Translations under genes and position numbers: made by a program | Assembly: GCA_965208835.1 (NCBI GenBank) | Contig: OZ242358.1 | Coordinates: 544,001 to 608,000, forward strand | Source: Candidatus Latescibacterota bacterium | GTDB lineage: Bacteria; Latescibacterota; UBA2968; GCA-2709665 | DNA length: 64,000 nt | Reading direction: 5' to 3' | Part shown: piece after piece, positions 29,256 to 39,430 of the stretch | Numbering within the stretch: the first letter of the stretch is position 1 | Layout of the letters: the number at the start of each line of letters is the position of its first letter | Notes under the pieces: model-generated | Told to the model about the DNA's origin: nothing | Databases searched by the model: none | What the model saw: only the letters and a program-made list of their open reading frames with translations

Positions 29256-29332
29256 AGTTATATTTTACAGAATGTTACAGAAAAATGCAACGGCATAATC
29301 GCTTCCGTTTGAGATAGGGGCGGCAGTGGCAT

Positions 29333-29749
29333 TCAATGATCCTTACCTTCGTAGATCCACATCGGCTCCGTTTTGCCTGCCCTGGTGAAACCACACTTTT
29401 CGTAGAAATCGATCGCCCTTCCATCGGCAATCAGCACGTGCTGGTGGAAGCCTTTGTATATAGCCTTCAATCTCTTCATTAATTCCGATCCAATTCCGAT
29501 GCCCTGATATTCGGGATCCACCAGCAGGTGCGGATAATAGACAACGAGATGCCCGTCCGAAATGGCATTGCCCAGCCCGACAAGACGGGCGCCATCCCAC
29601 GCCGTCAGCAGAGCGTGGGAGTTCGTCAACGCATCGCGAAGCTCGTTCGGCTTGTTCGCGGACGACCATTCGACGGCCGAGTAGAGCCTTAAAAGGTCAT
29701 CGAGCGGAATGTCCCGGGTTTCGCTGTAGGTTATCGAAGCATTGCGCAT
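29333..29749 (-). CDS. GNAT-family N-acetyltransferase
   Basis: LLVDPEYQGIGIGSELM and FYEKCGF motifs. Start at ATG 29749. Confidence 0.9.
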   Translation of the reverse strand: MRNASITYSETRDIPLDDLLRLYSAVEWSSANKPNELRDALTNSHALLTAWDGARLVGLGNAISDGHLVVYYPHLLVDPEYQGIGIGSELMKRLKAIYKGFHQHVLIADGRAIDFYEKCGFTRAGKTEPMWIYEGKDH

Positions 29750-29778
29750 AACTTCGTTCCGCTTTCGCGGTCGACAGA

Positions 29779-30786
29779 TCAGGCTCCTGGATTCCAGCGC
29801 ATCATGTCGTCCATCTGGTCGACCCGGTCCCGTACGAATTCCGCGACGCCGTCGCGCAGGCCCGGGTTGTCGAGGCGGCCGGACATCCAGACGGCGATCT
29901 TCAGGCGGTCTGCGATCAGGAAGGAGGTCAGCATTCGCTCGTGGCCGGAATCGAGGGGTCGGACATCCCTGTATCCGTGAAGAAAGGCGGCTCGCAGCGC
30001 GGGGAAATCCTTCCGGCTGACCAGAGGGCCGAGGGTAGCACCCATATCGCCGAGGTAGTAGCCCCATCCGCAGTCGTCAAAGTCCAGCGCGCGCGCTTCG
30101 CCCTTCAGGAATACGTAGTTCATCTGGTGCAGATCGCCGTGTATCAGACCGAAGACGGACGGGGCCTCTCCCAACCGCTCCACTGCGCGGCGCGTGATTG
30201 ATTCTGCCCGATCAACGATGGCCTTTCTTGCGGGATCGAGTACCGCTTTCGCATGGGCGATCGTTCCTCCAATTACACCGCCGAGCAGCGCTTCAGCGTC
30301 CCAGCGGATTCGCGTGAATCCGGCGGGCGGCACAAACCTCTCAGAGTGGCGTTGCAGCCTGCCCATAAGGCGGCCGACCATTTCCAGATGTCGCCCGGTC
30401 AGGTCGTGCTGGCTGACAAAGCGTCCCTTCACCCACCGAAACAGCGCGCAGACTCTCGGTTTCGGGATCCCCGGCGCCGAGGCGACCGTCAGCAGATTTC
30501 CTTCCCGATCCGCGACCGGTGCGGGCACAACGAGGTCCGTCTCCCGGGCAATCGCATCCAGCCACATCAGCTCCGACCTGATGAGCGCCAGATCCCTGTG
30601 CCCCGGCCGGTTGACGCGCAGGACGTATCGGCAGCCCCCGGCCCGAACCAGGAACGTGGCGTTGTGCCGGTGTTGTATTGGCCGAAGCGTAAAATCACCC
30701 AGGTCGTAGGCCGCAAGCGCCTCGAGCGCGAGGCGACGAAGGCGGCGAAGCTGTCCTCGATACGTCAGTTCCTCGAATGGTTTCAG
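29779..30786 (-). CDS. APH/homoserine kinase II-family phosphotransferase, apparent CTG start
   Basis: LIHGDLHQMN, LDFDDCGWG. Frame extends upstream of the listed ORF to CTG AAA CCA TTC (KPFEELTYRGQLRRLR), preceded by an in-frame TAA and AGGAGG. Confidence 0.82.
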   Translation of the reverse strand: MKPFEELTYRGQLRRLRRLALEALAAYDLGDFTLRPIQHRHNATFLVRAGGCRYVLRVNRPGHRDLALIRSELMWLDAIARETDLVVPAPVADREGNLLTVASAPGIPKPRVCALFRWVKGRFVSQHDLTGRHLEMVGRLMGRLQRHSERFVPPAGFTRIRWDAEALLGGVIGGTIAHAKAVLDPARKAIVDRAESITRRAVERLGEAPSVFGLIHGDLHQMNYVFLKGEARALDFDDCGWGYYLGDMGATLGPLVSRKDFPALRAAFLHGYRDVRPLDSGHERMLTSFLIADRLKIAVWMSGRLDNPGLRDGVAEFVRDRVDQMDDMMRWNPGA

Positions 30787-30872
30787 TTATTCGGATTCCC
30801 TCCTGCCTCGTAAGAAGACCTCCAGGCTGTCCGTGCTTACAGGTTGGACCCATCATCGCAATGTGCGCAATA

Positions 30873-31067
30873 AGCCTCAATGCGAAAAAAACAGCAACGC
30901 GGCAACGCGATAAAACCCTCCGAAACGGGGCAATATCGACGTATAGAATGACGTTTTTCCCTTCACGTCCGGTGACCTGGTGTATCCTGGTAATCCGCCG
31001 TTTAATCGCCTTTATTTACAAGCACAATTTTGAATTAACGTCCCCGAAGACTTACGAATCAAGGTTA
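30873..31067 (-). repeat. ~195-bp MITE-like repeat family A, copy 2 (inverted)
   Basis: Reverse complement of the 41599-41794 element. Confidence 0.88.
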
Positions 31068-31096
31068 GCCCGGCAAATTTCAGCGTGGTTTACCAT

Positions 31097-33550
31097 TTAT
31101 TCGCATTTCAGCGAAGCGACCGGTTCTGCAGTAGCTGCCTTCAATGCGTGATAACCTACCGTTGCCGTGGCTAAGAGCAACACAGCGCAGCCGCCCCAAA
31201 AAAACGGCTCCACACCGAGATCGACGCGAAATGCAAATCGTTGAAGCCAATTCGACGCAAGATAATATGCAAGCGGCCAGGCAACCGCATTGGCAATGAC
31301 CACCCATTTTAAGGTTGCTTTGGCGAGCAGCACCACGATAGACACGACAGATGCTCCCAAGACCTTTCTGATGCCGATTTCTCTCGTCCGCTGCTCTGCA
31401 GTAAACGAGGCAAGGCCCAGCAGCCCCAGACAGGCGACAAAGATCGCGAGAAGCGCTCCGATTCCGAACATCTGTCCATGCCGGACCTCTTTTCGATATA
31501 GCGAATCGATCCGTTCATCGAGAAAGTGATAATTGAAAGGTCGATCCGGCACAAATCGCCTCCAGGTTGCCTTGAGAAAACTCATGGTTTCGATTAGCGC
31601 TTCCGTTCGAATCTTCAGTGACAGAAACCTTAATCTGGCAGCGGATACCGTTAAGACAACCGGCTCCATTCGGTGCCGCAAATCCAGATGAAAGTCTTCG
31701 ATCACGCCAATGACTCGTCCTTGCGACTGATGTCCCTTTCCCCTCAATGCTTCACCGATGGGATCCTCCCATCCCAACATTCCGGCTGTTGTTTCCGTCA
31801 GGATATAACTTATCTCAGAGTTTCCACGCCAGCTCAAGGCGTCTCTATCTGAAAACGACCTGCCAGATACAAGCTTTAAATCGAAAAATCGAATAAAGTC
31901 CAGATCTACATCAAACATCCGAACTTCAATCTCTCTGTCGTTATCTGTCGTCAGAGTCGGAGCATAACTTCCGCTTCGAAGTCCGCCGGGGATTCCACGC
32001 GAGGCTGTCGCCATCAAGACATTGGGATGTTTAAGAAATTCCTCCTTAACGATCTCGTATTTGTTCGACAGGGCGCTCTTTTCAGCTTTCATCAGTTGGG
32101 TATTGTCGAAAACAGGCATAACCAGCACGTGCTCATTATCGAAACCCAGGTCTTTTTTGTTTATGAATTCCAATTGCCGATACGCGACGAACGCACAGAT
32201 TATCAACAGTGTGGCAATCGCAAACTGTAAAACAACGAGCGATTTTCTACACCAGACGGCACTCGAGCCGGTCTTCGATATTCCACGTAGAGCGGCCGCC
32301 GGTTGAAAGCCCGACATGAAGAAAGCAGCATAGCTGCCAGAAAGAAGCCCTGCAAAAAGGGCAATTCCAATCAGCCAGATTGGCGCCGTCGAATTCGTGA
32401 TCAGACCCAGTAATAATCCTCCACCAACGAACATCGTGAAGTAGGGCAATAACAGCGCTGCAATTGACAGTGCAAGCAACATGGCCAGGCCGGACAGAAA
32501 AACGGACTCGCCGAGTAACTGCGTAATCAGTTGATGACGCTTTGCCCCCATTGCCTTTCGCATTCCGGCTTCTCGAAGGCGGTTTGTGGCGCGTGCTGTG
32601 GCGAGATTCATAAAATTGATACATGCGATGATGAGAACAAAGGCACCTATGGAAATCAATAGATACAGATCTTGTATATCGCCCCTTCCGCCCCGACGGT
32701 ATCCATAGTCGAGACCGGAGTAGAGGTGAATGCGGTTTAGCGGCTGAAGATGATAGAGATTCTCGGTGCCTTTATGTTCGCCCCTGCCCGGCCCCAGATG
32801 CATAGCGAGCAAATCGGGCAATTTGCGCTCAGTTGCCGACGCGGAGACACCTTTTGCAAGCCGTACGTACGTGTGAGCAGGGGTCGTGATTCCGTGTTTC
32901 TTCCAATCGTCCCAGAGTTGCTCCCTGCGAATGTAATCTGTCGGAGTTGCTGTTATGAAATCAAACCTGAAATGAGAATTGGAGGGCATGTCCGCCAGAA
33001 CTCCGGTGATTTTCAGGTCCACCCTCCCGAAATACAGGCGTTCTGCCGTAATGACCTTCCCAATCGGATTCTCAATTCCGAAGTATTTCTGCGCCATCTC
33101 CTGTGTGAGTACAACCGATGACGGTTCTGAAAGAACGGATTCAGGGTCGCCGAGTAGAACTTCGATACCGAAGAATTCCAGGATGTTCTTGTCCGCGAGA
33201 CAGAACTTCTGTTTGAATCCCGTGTCACCGGAACTCACCCAGCTGGAAACCGCCCAGAATCGCGTTGCATCTTCCACATCTCCGAAGTCTTCGCGCAGGG
33301 CCGAGGCAAGCGCACTTTTCTGACCTGTTGACCATTGAATGCGTCCACTCGGCCACCGTGTCTCCCTGAGAATTCTGTAGATCCGGTCGGAATGGGGTCG
33401 AAACCGATCATAGCTCAATTCAGATTGTACATAGAGTACGATCATCAGCGCAGGGGCCATACCAAGGGCCAATCCTGAAAGGACGATAAACGTATAGCCC
33501 TTGTGCCTCAGCAGGTTTCGGAGAGCAACGACAAGATAGTTCTTGAACAT
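31097..33550 (-). CDS. ABC transporter permease (MacB/FtsX-type, duplicated domains)
   Basis: MFKNYLVVALRNLLRHKGY, IACINFMNLATA, LVVLQF, RTREIGIRKVLGAS. Confidence 0.93.
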   Translation of the reverse strand: MFKNYLVVALRNLLRHKGYTFIVLSGLALGMAPALMIVLYVQSELSYDRFRPHSDRIYRILRETRWPSGRIQWSTGQKSALASALREDFGDVEDATRFWAVSSWVSSGDTGFKQKFCLADKNILEFFGIEVLLGDPESVLSEPSSVVLTQEMAQKYFGIENPIGKVITAERLYFGRVDLKITGVLADMPSNSHFRFDFITATPTDYIRREQLWDDWKKHGITTPAHTYVRLAKGVSASATERKLPDLLAMHLGPGRGEHKGTENLYHLQPLNRIHLYSGLDYGYRRGGRGDIQDLYLLISIGAFVLIIACINFMNLATARATNRLREAGMRKAMGAKRHQLITQLLGESVFLSGLAMLLALSIAALLLPYFTMFVGGGLLLGLITNSTAPIWLIGIALFAGLLSGSYAAFFMSGFQPAAALRGISKTGSSAVWCRKSLVVLQFAIATLLIICAFVAYRQLEFINKKDLGFDNEHVLVMPVFDNTQLMKAEKSALSNKYEIVKEEFLKHPNVLMATASRGIPGGLRSGSYAPTLTTDNDREIEVRMFDVDLDFIRFFDLKLVSGRSFSDRDALSWRGNSEISYILTETTAGMLGWEDPIGEALRGKGHQSQGRVIGVIEDFHLDLRHRMEPVVLTVSAARLRFLSLKIRTEALIETMSFLKATWRRFVPDRPFNYHFLDERIDSLYRKEVRHGQMFGIGALLAIFVACLGLLGLASFTAEQRTREIGIRKVLGASVVSIVVLLAKATLKWVVIANAVAWPLAYYLASNWLQRFAFRVDLGVEPFFWGGCAVLLLATATVGYHALKAATAEPVASLKCE

Positions 33551-33584
33551 GTCGGCGTGAACGAGGTCGAGCAGGCCAGGAATG

Positions 33585-33773
33585 TCAATACATGATACAC
33601 TTGACCGGACGCAGGGGCCGGAGCGCCAGTTCTTGCCTCGCCTGTTCGATCGTCTTCGGGAAGTAACAAATGACGCAGTGCTCCGGAACGTCTCGATGCC
33701 TGATCGTTTTCGACGGCTCGATGACGGCTTCCCGTTCCCCGTCGAACTCCAGAATCGGGTATGTTTTCGGCAA
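33585..33773 (-). pseudogene. N-terminal remnant of a nucleoside phosphorylase-like gene
   Basis: YPILEFDGEREAVIEP...PEHCVICYF resembles the N-terminus of PNP/UDP phosphorylase-like proteins. Truncated just before the ABC permease start. Confidence 0.5.
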
Positions 33774-33826
33774 TTTGGGCGCCGCTCCTGAATTTGGGGT
33801 TTTCAATTCCCTTATGGATCTCGACG

Positions 33827-35167
33827 TCACTCGCTCAGGCGCTTCAGGATAGCTCTGGCGACCTGATCTGCCAGGCGCCTGGAGCCCTCTTTTGTGAAGT
33901 GAACGTCTTGCGGTAGCTGGATTTCCTTCAGTCGCGGCAGGGCGAAGGCATAGAGATCGTTAATCGTAATGCCAGGCTGATTCATGATCTCCTTCGCGAC
34001 GGCGTTATAGTTCGCCGCGTCTCCCTTCTGCCGACCGTTGGCCCCCGCCGGCACGGGTGTCGTCGTCGCCCAGATCAGCTTCGCTCCCGTCGTCTTCAGC
34101 CTCGACACCAGCTTGTCCAGATTCTGCTTATATTGATCGACAGACGTGAAATGTCTACCCTTTTCCGCGTCGGTGAGTCTACCCTCGTCATCGACAAATT
34201 TCAGGTCATGCAGGCCCCAATTGAAGTGGATGACATCCCACTTCCGAGTGCCCAGCCATACTTCCAGCTCCGCGAGCCCGCGGCTCGTCGGACCGCAGTT
34301 CCGAGATGGACGGTGGACGTTCGCCTTACCTCCGAGCCGTTCTCGAGTCGGAATCGTATATCCCATCGAAATCGAGTCACCGATCAGGAGCACGGCCGGC
34401 AGGTTGGGCTCGCCGGTTATCTCTACAAATGAAGCCTGGCGTAGGGCAGGGTTCGTATCTTGCATAGAGCGCTCCTTAGATTGAATCAGATTCGAGATTA
34501 CGGCTTGAGGACGTCCGTTATAGTGGCGAATCCTCGGGTCCCTGAATCGGGCAACCGCGTGATGTCCCCAGGTGCCCAGCCCAACCGCACCTTTCGGATT
34601 CGCTTCGAGCGTCAACCGGTTGACGAGCTTCCCGTTTACGTAGGTCGTGACGGAATGTCCCCGCACAGCCAGAACAAGATCGAATTCCCGACCTCCCTCA
34701 AGGACCAGATTGACAACGTCGAGTTTGGCGACGCCGCGTTTACCGCGCTCGTAGGTGCTGATCGCCAGCGCCTTCCAGCCACCGAGGTAATCGACCATAT
34801 ACTCCCGGCTCTCGTCGGTAATGCCGAAGCGGATCTGCACGTTGGCGCCCTCTACCCACATAACCTGGACCTTGAACTCATAGTGTGACCATGTACTGTC
34901 TCCCTGCACGAGTCTGGTTGCGCCATCCTTTCCGGCCGCTTGCGCGATTATGGTGTCTCCCTCCCGGGACCATACCGCTTCGTTGCCCGGCTTCCAGCCC
35001 TCCAGACCCTCGCCGTGAAGCATCGACTCCCACTTTATTTTGCCCTTCATGCCGCCAATCCTGGCGCGTCCGTAATCGTTTTCCGAATTTAGCCCCTCAT
35101 TCGCAAATGCGGGTGTCATCGCGGATTGAAGAATAAGGATGAAAGAGAGTACTGCGGATGCCGTCAT
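33827..35167 (-). CDS. DUF1080 (3-keto-disaccharide hydrolase-like) domain in frame with an SGNH/GDSL hydrolase; possibly two genes
   Basis: Signal peptide, WESMLHGEGLEGWK...FRDPRIR; then LLIGDSIS, FNWGLHD, DVHF. Internal AAGGAG RBS and ATG at 34465. Confidence 0.78.
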   Translation of the reverse strand: MTASAVLSFILILQSAMTPAFANEGLNSENDYGRARIGGMKGKIKWESMLHGEGLEGWKPGNEAVWSREGDTIIAQAAGKDGATRLVQGDSTWSHYEFKVQVMWVEGANVQIRFGITDESREYMVDYLGGWKALAISTYERGKRGVAKLDVVNLVLEGGREFDLVLAVRGHSVTTYVNGKLVNRLTLEANPKGAVGLGTWGHHAVARFRDPRIRHYNGRPQAVISNLIQSKERSMQDTNPALRQASFVEITGEPNLPAVLLIGDSISMGYTIPTRERLGGKANVHRPSRNCGPTSRGLAELEVWLGTRKWDVIHFNWGLHDLKFVDDEGRLTDAEKGRHFTSVDQYKQNLDKLVSRLKTTGAKLIWATTTPVPAGANGRQKGDAANYNAVAKEIMNQPGITINDLYAFALPRLKEIQLPQDVHFTKEGSRRLADQVARAILKRLSE

Positions 35168-35235
35168 CGATTTTCCTCCGTACGAATAACGGTTCGTTGC
35201 CGAAATCGAACACGTCCCGATGGTCCGGCCGAAAT

Positions 35236-35259
35236 GGCAGGTTTTAAACCTGCCCCTAC
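35236..35259 (-). repeat. Single GTAG-type REP
   Basis: Minus strand GTAGGGGCAGGTTTAAAACCTGCC: GTAG foot plus palindrome. Confidence 0.65.
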
Positions 35260-35311
35260 ATTCCCATGCCAACGGAGGTCGTGCGACAAGGGCCCCGTCG
35301 CGATTCCCTAT

Positions 35312-36349
35312 TCACAGGTCCTCCATCCACTCGAGGACGAACGGTTCGCCTTCGAGATATTTCCGGCAGGCGCCTTCAACGAAACGGGGCAGTGTCGAGA
35401 AATCTTCTTCAGGACTCTCCGTACGCCAGGATAGGAGTCGAATGCAGGACTCGATATGGAAACTTTCGATTATTCGCAGATGGTTATCTGGCAGATTGTG
35501 CTGCCGTTCGTACCCGTTCAGAAAAGCCTGGCATAGCGCCGGTCTCATCGGATTTACGGCGAAGCACCAACCAACGTCTGCCAGTAAATGCCCGAACCGA
35601 CACCAGTCGAAATCAATGGGACGGATCTCGCCCAGATGTACGATGCAATTGCCGCATGAGAAATCGCCGTGAAGCAGTCCCCGGGATTTCGGTGATCCGT
35701 TCATTTTCGCTAGGTCCTCGATAATCTGGCGCACCGTCAGTTCCAGAACCGGGAAATCATCGGTGGCGATCCGTCCGTCCTCCGCGGCCGGACGCAGGCG
35801 GTTCAGGTCGAGTTGCAGGTCTTCATGTTCGCTCCCGGGACGAAAGAAGCCTTCGGGAAGGGTCCACTGACTGCCGTGCCGGTGGATTTTGCCGAGGACC
35901 GTTCCGACGTTGTAAAGTGTTTCCGCCGGCAGGTCAACGAACACCTCGTCCCCGTAGTTGTCCCAGACCAACTCGCCGCCAATCCAGCGAAGAAGGGTCA
36001 CAAGAAGGGACTGATTGCCATCGGACGGGACGTCTGTGATGAGATCGCCTGACAGATTGCGGACGGGTTTCTGTATGACCATATCGGTGTCGCGGTCCAT
36101 GGCTTCGAGCCAGAGAAGGTGGGACCGGATTGCTGTTCGATAATCATGGATGTCTCCGTCTACCCTGGCATAATACACGGTGACGAGCCAACTCCCGGAT
36201 GCGCCGTCCGCACGGAACTTGACCATGCGGTAACCGGAAAAGCCTATATGGCCCACTTGCTTGCGCTCGTGAATGCGGACTTCCCCGATATCGTAGTATT
36301 CCAGGGCTCGATCGGCGGCTTGCAGATAGTGCTGAAGATGCTCACTCAT
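35312..36349 (-). CDS. APH-family phosphotransferase
   Basis: LLHGDFSCGN and IDFDWCRFG motifs. Confidence 0.85.
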   Translation of the reverse strand: MSEHLQHYLQAADRALEYYDIGEVRIHERKQVGHIGFSGYRMVKFRADGASGSWLVTVYYARVDGDIHDYRTAIRSHLLWLEAMDRDTDMVIQKPVRNLSGDLITDVPSDGNQSLLVTLLRWIGGELVWDNYGDEVFVDLPAETLYNVGTVLGKIHRHGSQWTLPEGFFRPGSEHEDLQLDLNRLRPAAEDGRIATDDFPVLELTVRQIIEDLAKMNGSPKSRGLLHGDFSCGNCIVHLGEIRPIDFDWCRFGHLLADVGWCFAVNPMRPALCQAFLNGYERQHNLPDNHLRIIESFHIESCIRLLSWRTESPEEDFSTLPRFVEGACRKYLEGEPFVLEWMEDL

Positions 36350-36379
36350 TGGATTGGGAACTCAATCGACGCTTGAATT

Positions 36380-36510
36380 ACTCCCCCCTTGAGGGGGAGT
36401 CGCAGAAGCTGAGCCGGTCCCTGAGCTTGCGGCCCCTGAGCCTGTCGAAGGGTCAAAAGGCTGTTGAATAGCGGGCATTTCGACAAGCTCAATGACCACG
36501 CGTTATTCAG
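36380..36510. repeat. Palindromic REP-like cluster
   Basis: ACTCCCCC-TTGA-GGGGGAGT hairpin; CCCTGAGCCTGTCGAAGGG and TTCGACAAGCTCA, related to the unit at 28583-28601. Confidence 0.6.
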
Positions 36511-36597
36511 TTCATTGGACGTAATGAAGCCGCTGTCAGGAGACCCTTAACCTGCCCTGAGCCGTTGTCCTGAGCATTCCTGAAGCAATTCAATACC

Positions 36598-37272
36598 CTA
36601 CCGCCTGCGTCCCACCAGGAGCGTATTGGGCGGGTCCTGCCACGTGCATTCGGCAACGAACCCGGCCTCACGCATCGCGTCGAGTTCTTCTTCGACGGGG
36701 AAGTACGTGTCTTCGGAGGACCACTCTTCGAAGTGCTCGCGGGCCCGCTGTTCGTCGATGCCGCGCGAAACGAGGTGAGCCGTCCAGATTCGGTAGCACC
36801 GCTCCCTTGCCTCGGGGTCTGCGGTCATCGTCACGTCGGCGGTCACGAACACCCCTCCGGGGCGGAGCGCACGGAAAATATGCTTGTACAGGGTACGCTT
36901 GCGTTGCATCGCCGGAATATGGTGCAGGGCCAGGCAGGCGGCCACCGCGTCGCACGCGGGGAGCGGCGCCTCGAATGAACATTCGCGGAAACGCACCCGG
37001 GCACCGAAACGCACCAGCCGGGTGCGGGCCCGATCCAGCATCTCCGGATCGACGTCGATGGCTTCCACGGCGCCCACGCTTTCGTGCTCGAGCATCGCTT
37101 CGGCGAGGGCGCCCGTTCCGGTGCCGAGGTCCAGCACCAGGGCGGGTCGGATCGCGGCGACCTTGCAGGCAATTCTCTTCAGGCCTTCCTCGTAGCCCGG
37201 GATGAACTGGCGGATGGCTTCGTCGTAGGCATCAATCTCAAGACGAAGGTGGCTGCGGACGGAATGACTCAC
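36598..37272 (-). CDS. Class I SAM-dependent methyltransferase (CmoA-like)
   Basis: VLDLGTGTG, IDVDPEML, LALHH, LRPGGVFVTAD. Confidence 0.88.
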   Translation of the reverse strand: MSHSVRSHLRLEIDAYDEAIRQFIPGYEEGLKRIACKVAAIRPALVLDLGTGTGALAEAMLEHESVGAVEAIDVDPEMLDRARTRLVRFGARVRFRECSFEAPLPACDAVAACLALHHIPAMQRKRTLYKHIFRALRPGGVFVTADVTMTADPEARERCYRIWTAHLVSRGIDEQRAREHFEEWSSEDTYFPVEEELDAMREAGFVAECTWQDPPNTLLVGRRR

Positions 37273-37401
37273 TTGCGTTTCCCGATCCGGGGTTATGCGT
37301 CAACATCATGCAAACGGGTCGACGGCTCAGGTATCAGCCTTCAATATAACACACTCTCGTGGACAGCTCAGATCGCTCGTCAAGGAAGCCGTCCGATTCA
37401 A

Positions 37402-37800
37402 TCACACAAGATGGAACTCGACTTTCATTCCGTCCGGATCGTAGCAGAAAATCGCTGTCCCACCAAAGTCGTCATTTGTAATGCCCCCATCTTCCATTTC
37501 TATGTCCTCTGCTCGAAGCCGTTTTTCGATGGCCTGTAATTCCTCTTCTGTCTCGACCCCAAAGGCAAAATGGTCAAGGCCGATTCGATTTCGATCGAAC
37601 ACATTGTCTGTGACGTGATAGTCTCTTGGCGTACCAATGACAAACAGGAAGTGTTTTCCGCCGGGGTCGTCCGAAGGGACGAATTCCGTATAATTCTCCG
37701 CCTGTTCCCTGATCTGCCAATCGGAAATTTTACTGTAAAAATCCGTCGATTTCTTGACATCACTCACCGTTAAAACAATGTGGTGGATACATTGCTTCAT
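37402..37800 (-). CDS. VOC/glyoxalase-family protein
   Basis: IHHIVLTVSDVKKSTDFY, GLDHFAFGV, YDPDGMKVEF. Start at ATG 37800. Confidence 0.88.
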   Translation of the reverse strand: MKQCIHHIVLTVSDVKKSTDFYSKISDWQIREQAENYTEFVPSDDPGGKHFLFVIGTPRDYHVTDNVFDRNRIGLDHFAFGVETEEELQAIEKRLRAEDIEMEDGGITNDDFGGTAIFCYDPDGMKVEFHLV

Positions 37801-38063
37801 AAGCCTATCACCATTGGTGTTTAAGGAACCACGGATTTCGAGCATACAGCGTCGTAAAACGGCTTGATCCGAATAATGCCATGGAGCAAGCCTGATGGGG
37901 AAGGCAACGGTTATGTGTAGCGTTTCACCAGTCTGTTGATACAAGCTTGGCCGCGGAGCCTGAACCCTTAGTCTGTCTGCATTGCGTGTGCTGTTTGCAC
38001 TGTTGAAGTGTGGGAATTTCCTGGCGGTTCTCGTAGTACACCCGTAGAATATTGCAGTGTCGA

Positions 38064-39293
38064 TCAGCCTGCGAATATCCCCGCTTCAATCGCCTTTACC
38101 GCCGCTTGATTCACATAGCTCTGGTCGTGAAATCGAACGGCGTATTCAATCGGTGTCACCTCCCTATATTCACGTACGGCTTCATCGGGTGTTGACTTAA
38201 GGCCCTTTCGGAGGGACGCTCGATGGGACGGGTCCGCTCCCCTTTCGAGGAGCACGACAGCCATTCTGTCCTCCTTCCGGCCTTTCTTGACGACACAGTT
38301 GAACAGCGGCGTGTGCCCCCCAAAGCCGTCGACATCGATGTCGGCAACGGCGTTCGCGTCCGCGCCGTTATCGATAACCCAATCGAAAATTTCATCCTCG
38401 TCAAATTCGATAGCCATGTGCAGGAGTGTTGTGCCATCCAGCGGTGTACCGTGGAGACCGGTGTCGTCGCCCACGCGGAAGTCGGAAGGATAGATATCGT
38501 CATACTGATATCTGCGGGAAATAAGGCCGGGATCCCCGTCCAGATGACGCTCCAGCAAATCGATCCGCCCAAAATGGAAGGCCATAGCGGGGGTGTCCGG
38601 AAATTCCACGCCACTTTCGGCCAGAATTCTCAGACACTCATGTTTTCCGGCCGGGCTGCGGCTGTAGGTCTCAAGAACCATCGCAGCCGGCGCGGAAAAA
38701 TCCCCGTCTTCGTCGCAAAGTTCGCCGCCGAGATCAAGAACCATCTGCAGTCCCCTGCTATTCAGGGTTTCACAGGCTCCCATCGCGACCCCGCGCTCTA
38801 CCTTTGCGCCTTTCTTTACCAGCGCGCGAACCGTATCGGCATTTCCCTGCAGGATGGCTCGCCCGAAAGCGTGTTGGATCTCCGGACTACCCAGGTCGGC
38901 CAGCATCTCTACAATCTCGGTCTTGCCCAATTCAGCAGCAAAGCCCATCGCAGCGCCCCAGTGTGAACCCCGTCCCCGAGCCCCTTCTGTCAGGAGTTCG
39001 GGGTGCTTCACGACCAGATCACGTACGGATTTCAGGTCGTCGCGAGACACAGCTGCGCACAGTCTGGCCGCAATCTGCATTCTGGGCCAGCTTGGGTATC
39101 GATACGATCGCGCGAGTACGAGTTGGGCGTCGGCCAGCCTGGCGCTTTCTGCGGAAACGTCTCGTGGATGCAGACTCTCAAATGCGGAAATCGCCTCAGG
39201 ATCGCCCGTCCGAAAGGCGTCCAGAAGCGATTTAGCCTGCTTCCTGAGGTTCTCGATGTTGGGTCTAACGGGAAGACTTCGACGGCGGGGCAT
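38064..39293 (-). CDS. Ankyrin-repeat protein with N-terminal 'LRKQAK...AQLVLARSY' domain
   Basis: GTTLLHMAIEFD, GHTPLFNC, LLERGADP ankyrin repeats. Confidence 0.85.
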   Translation of the reverse strand: MPRRRSLPVRPNIENLRKQAKSLLDAFRTGDPEAISAFESLHPRDVSAESARLADAQLVLARSYRYPSWPRMQIAARLCAAVSRDDLKSVRDLVVKHPELLTEGARGRGSHWGAAMGFAAELGKTEIVEMLADLGSPEIQHAFGRAILQGNADTVRALVKKGAKVERGVAMGACETLNSRGLQMVLDLGGELCDEDGDFSAPAAMVLETYSRSPAGKHECLRILAESGVEFPDTPAMAFHFGRIDLLERHLDGDPGLISRRYQYDDIYPSDFRVGDDTGLHGTPLDGTTLLHMAIEFDEDEIFDWVIDNGADANAVADIDVDGFGGHTPLFNCVVKKGRKEDRMAVVLLERGADPSHRASLRKGLKSTPDEAVREYREVTPIEYAVRFHDQSYVNQAAVKAIEAGIFAG

Positions 39294-39430
39294 AGCAGCC
39301 TCCTCTCGCAGAGTCGCCCGGCGTCCGCAATATCGGGCAGAAAGAAGGTGCTATTGGAATTTCAAAATCTGGTGAGGAGGGTGGGCTGAGCCCTTTCCGC
39401 GGACCGGAGGCTCCCTGTCGAGCACGACAG
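39294..39430 (-). promoter_or_regulatory. Structured 5' leader sequestering the RBS of the ankyrin gene
   Basis: Transcript CCUUCUUUC (39358-39350) pairs with GAGAGGAGG (39307-39299), enclosing a GCCCG/CGGGC stem; upstream hairpin CUGUCG-UGCU-CGACAG. Confidence 0.5.
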
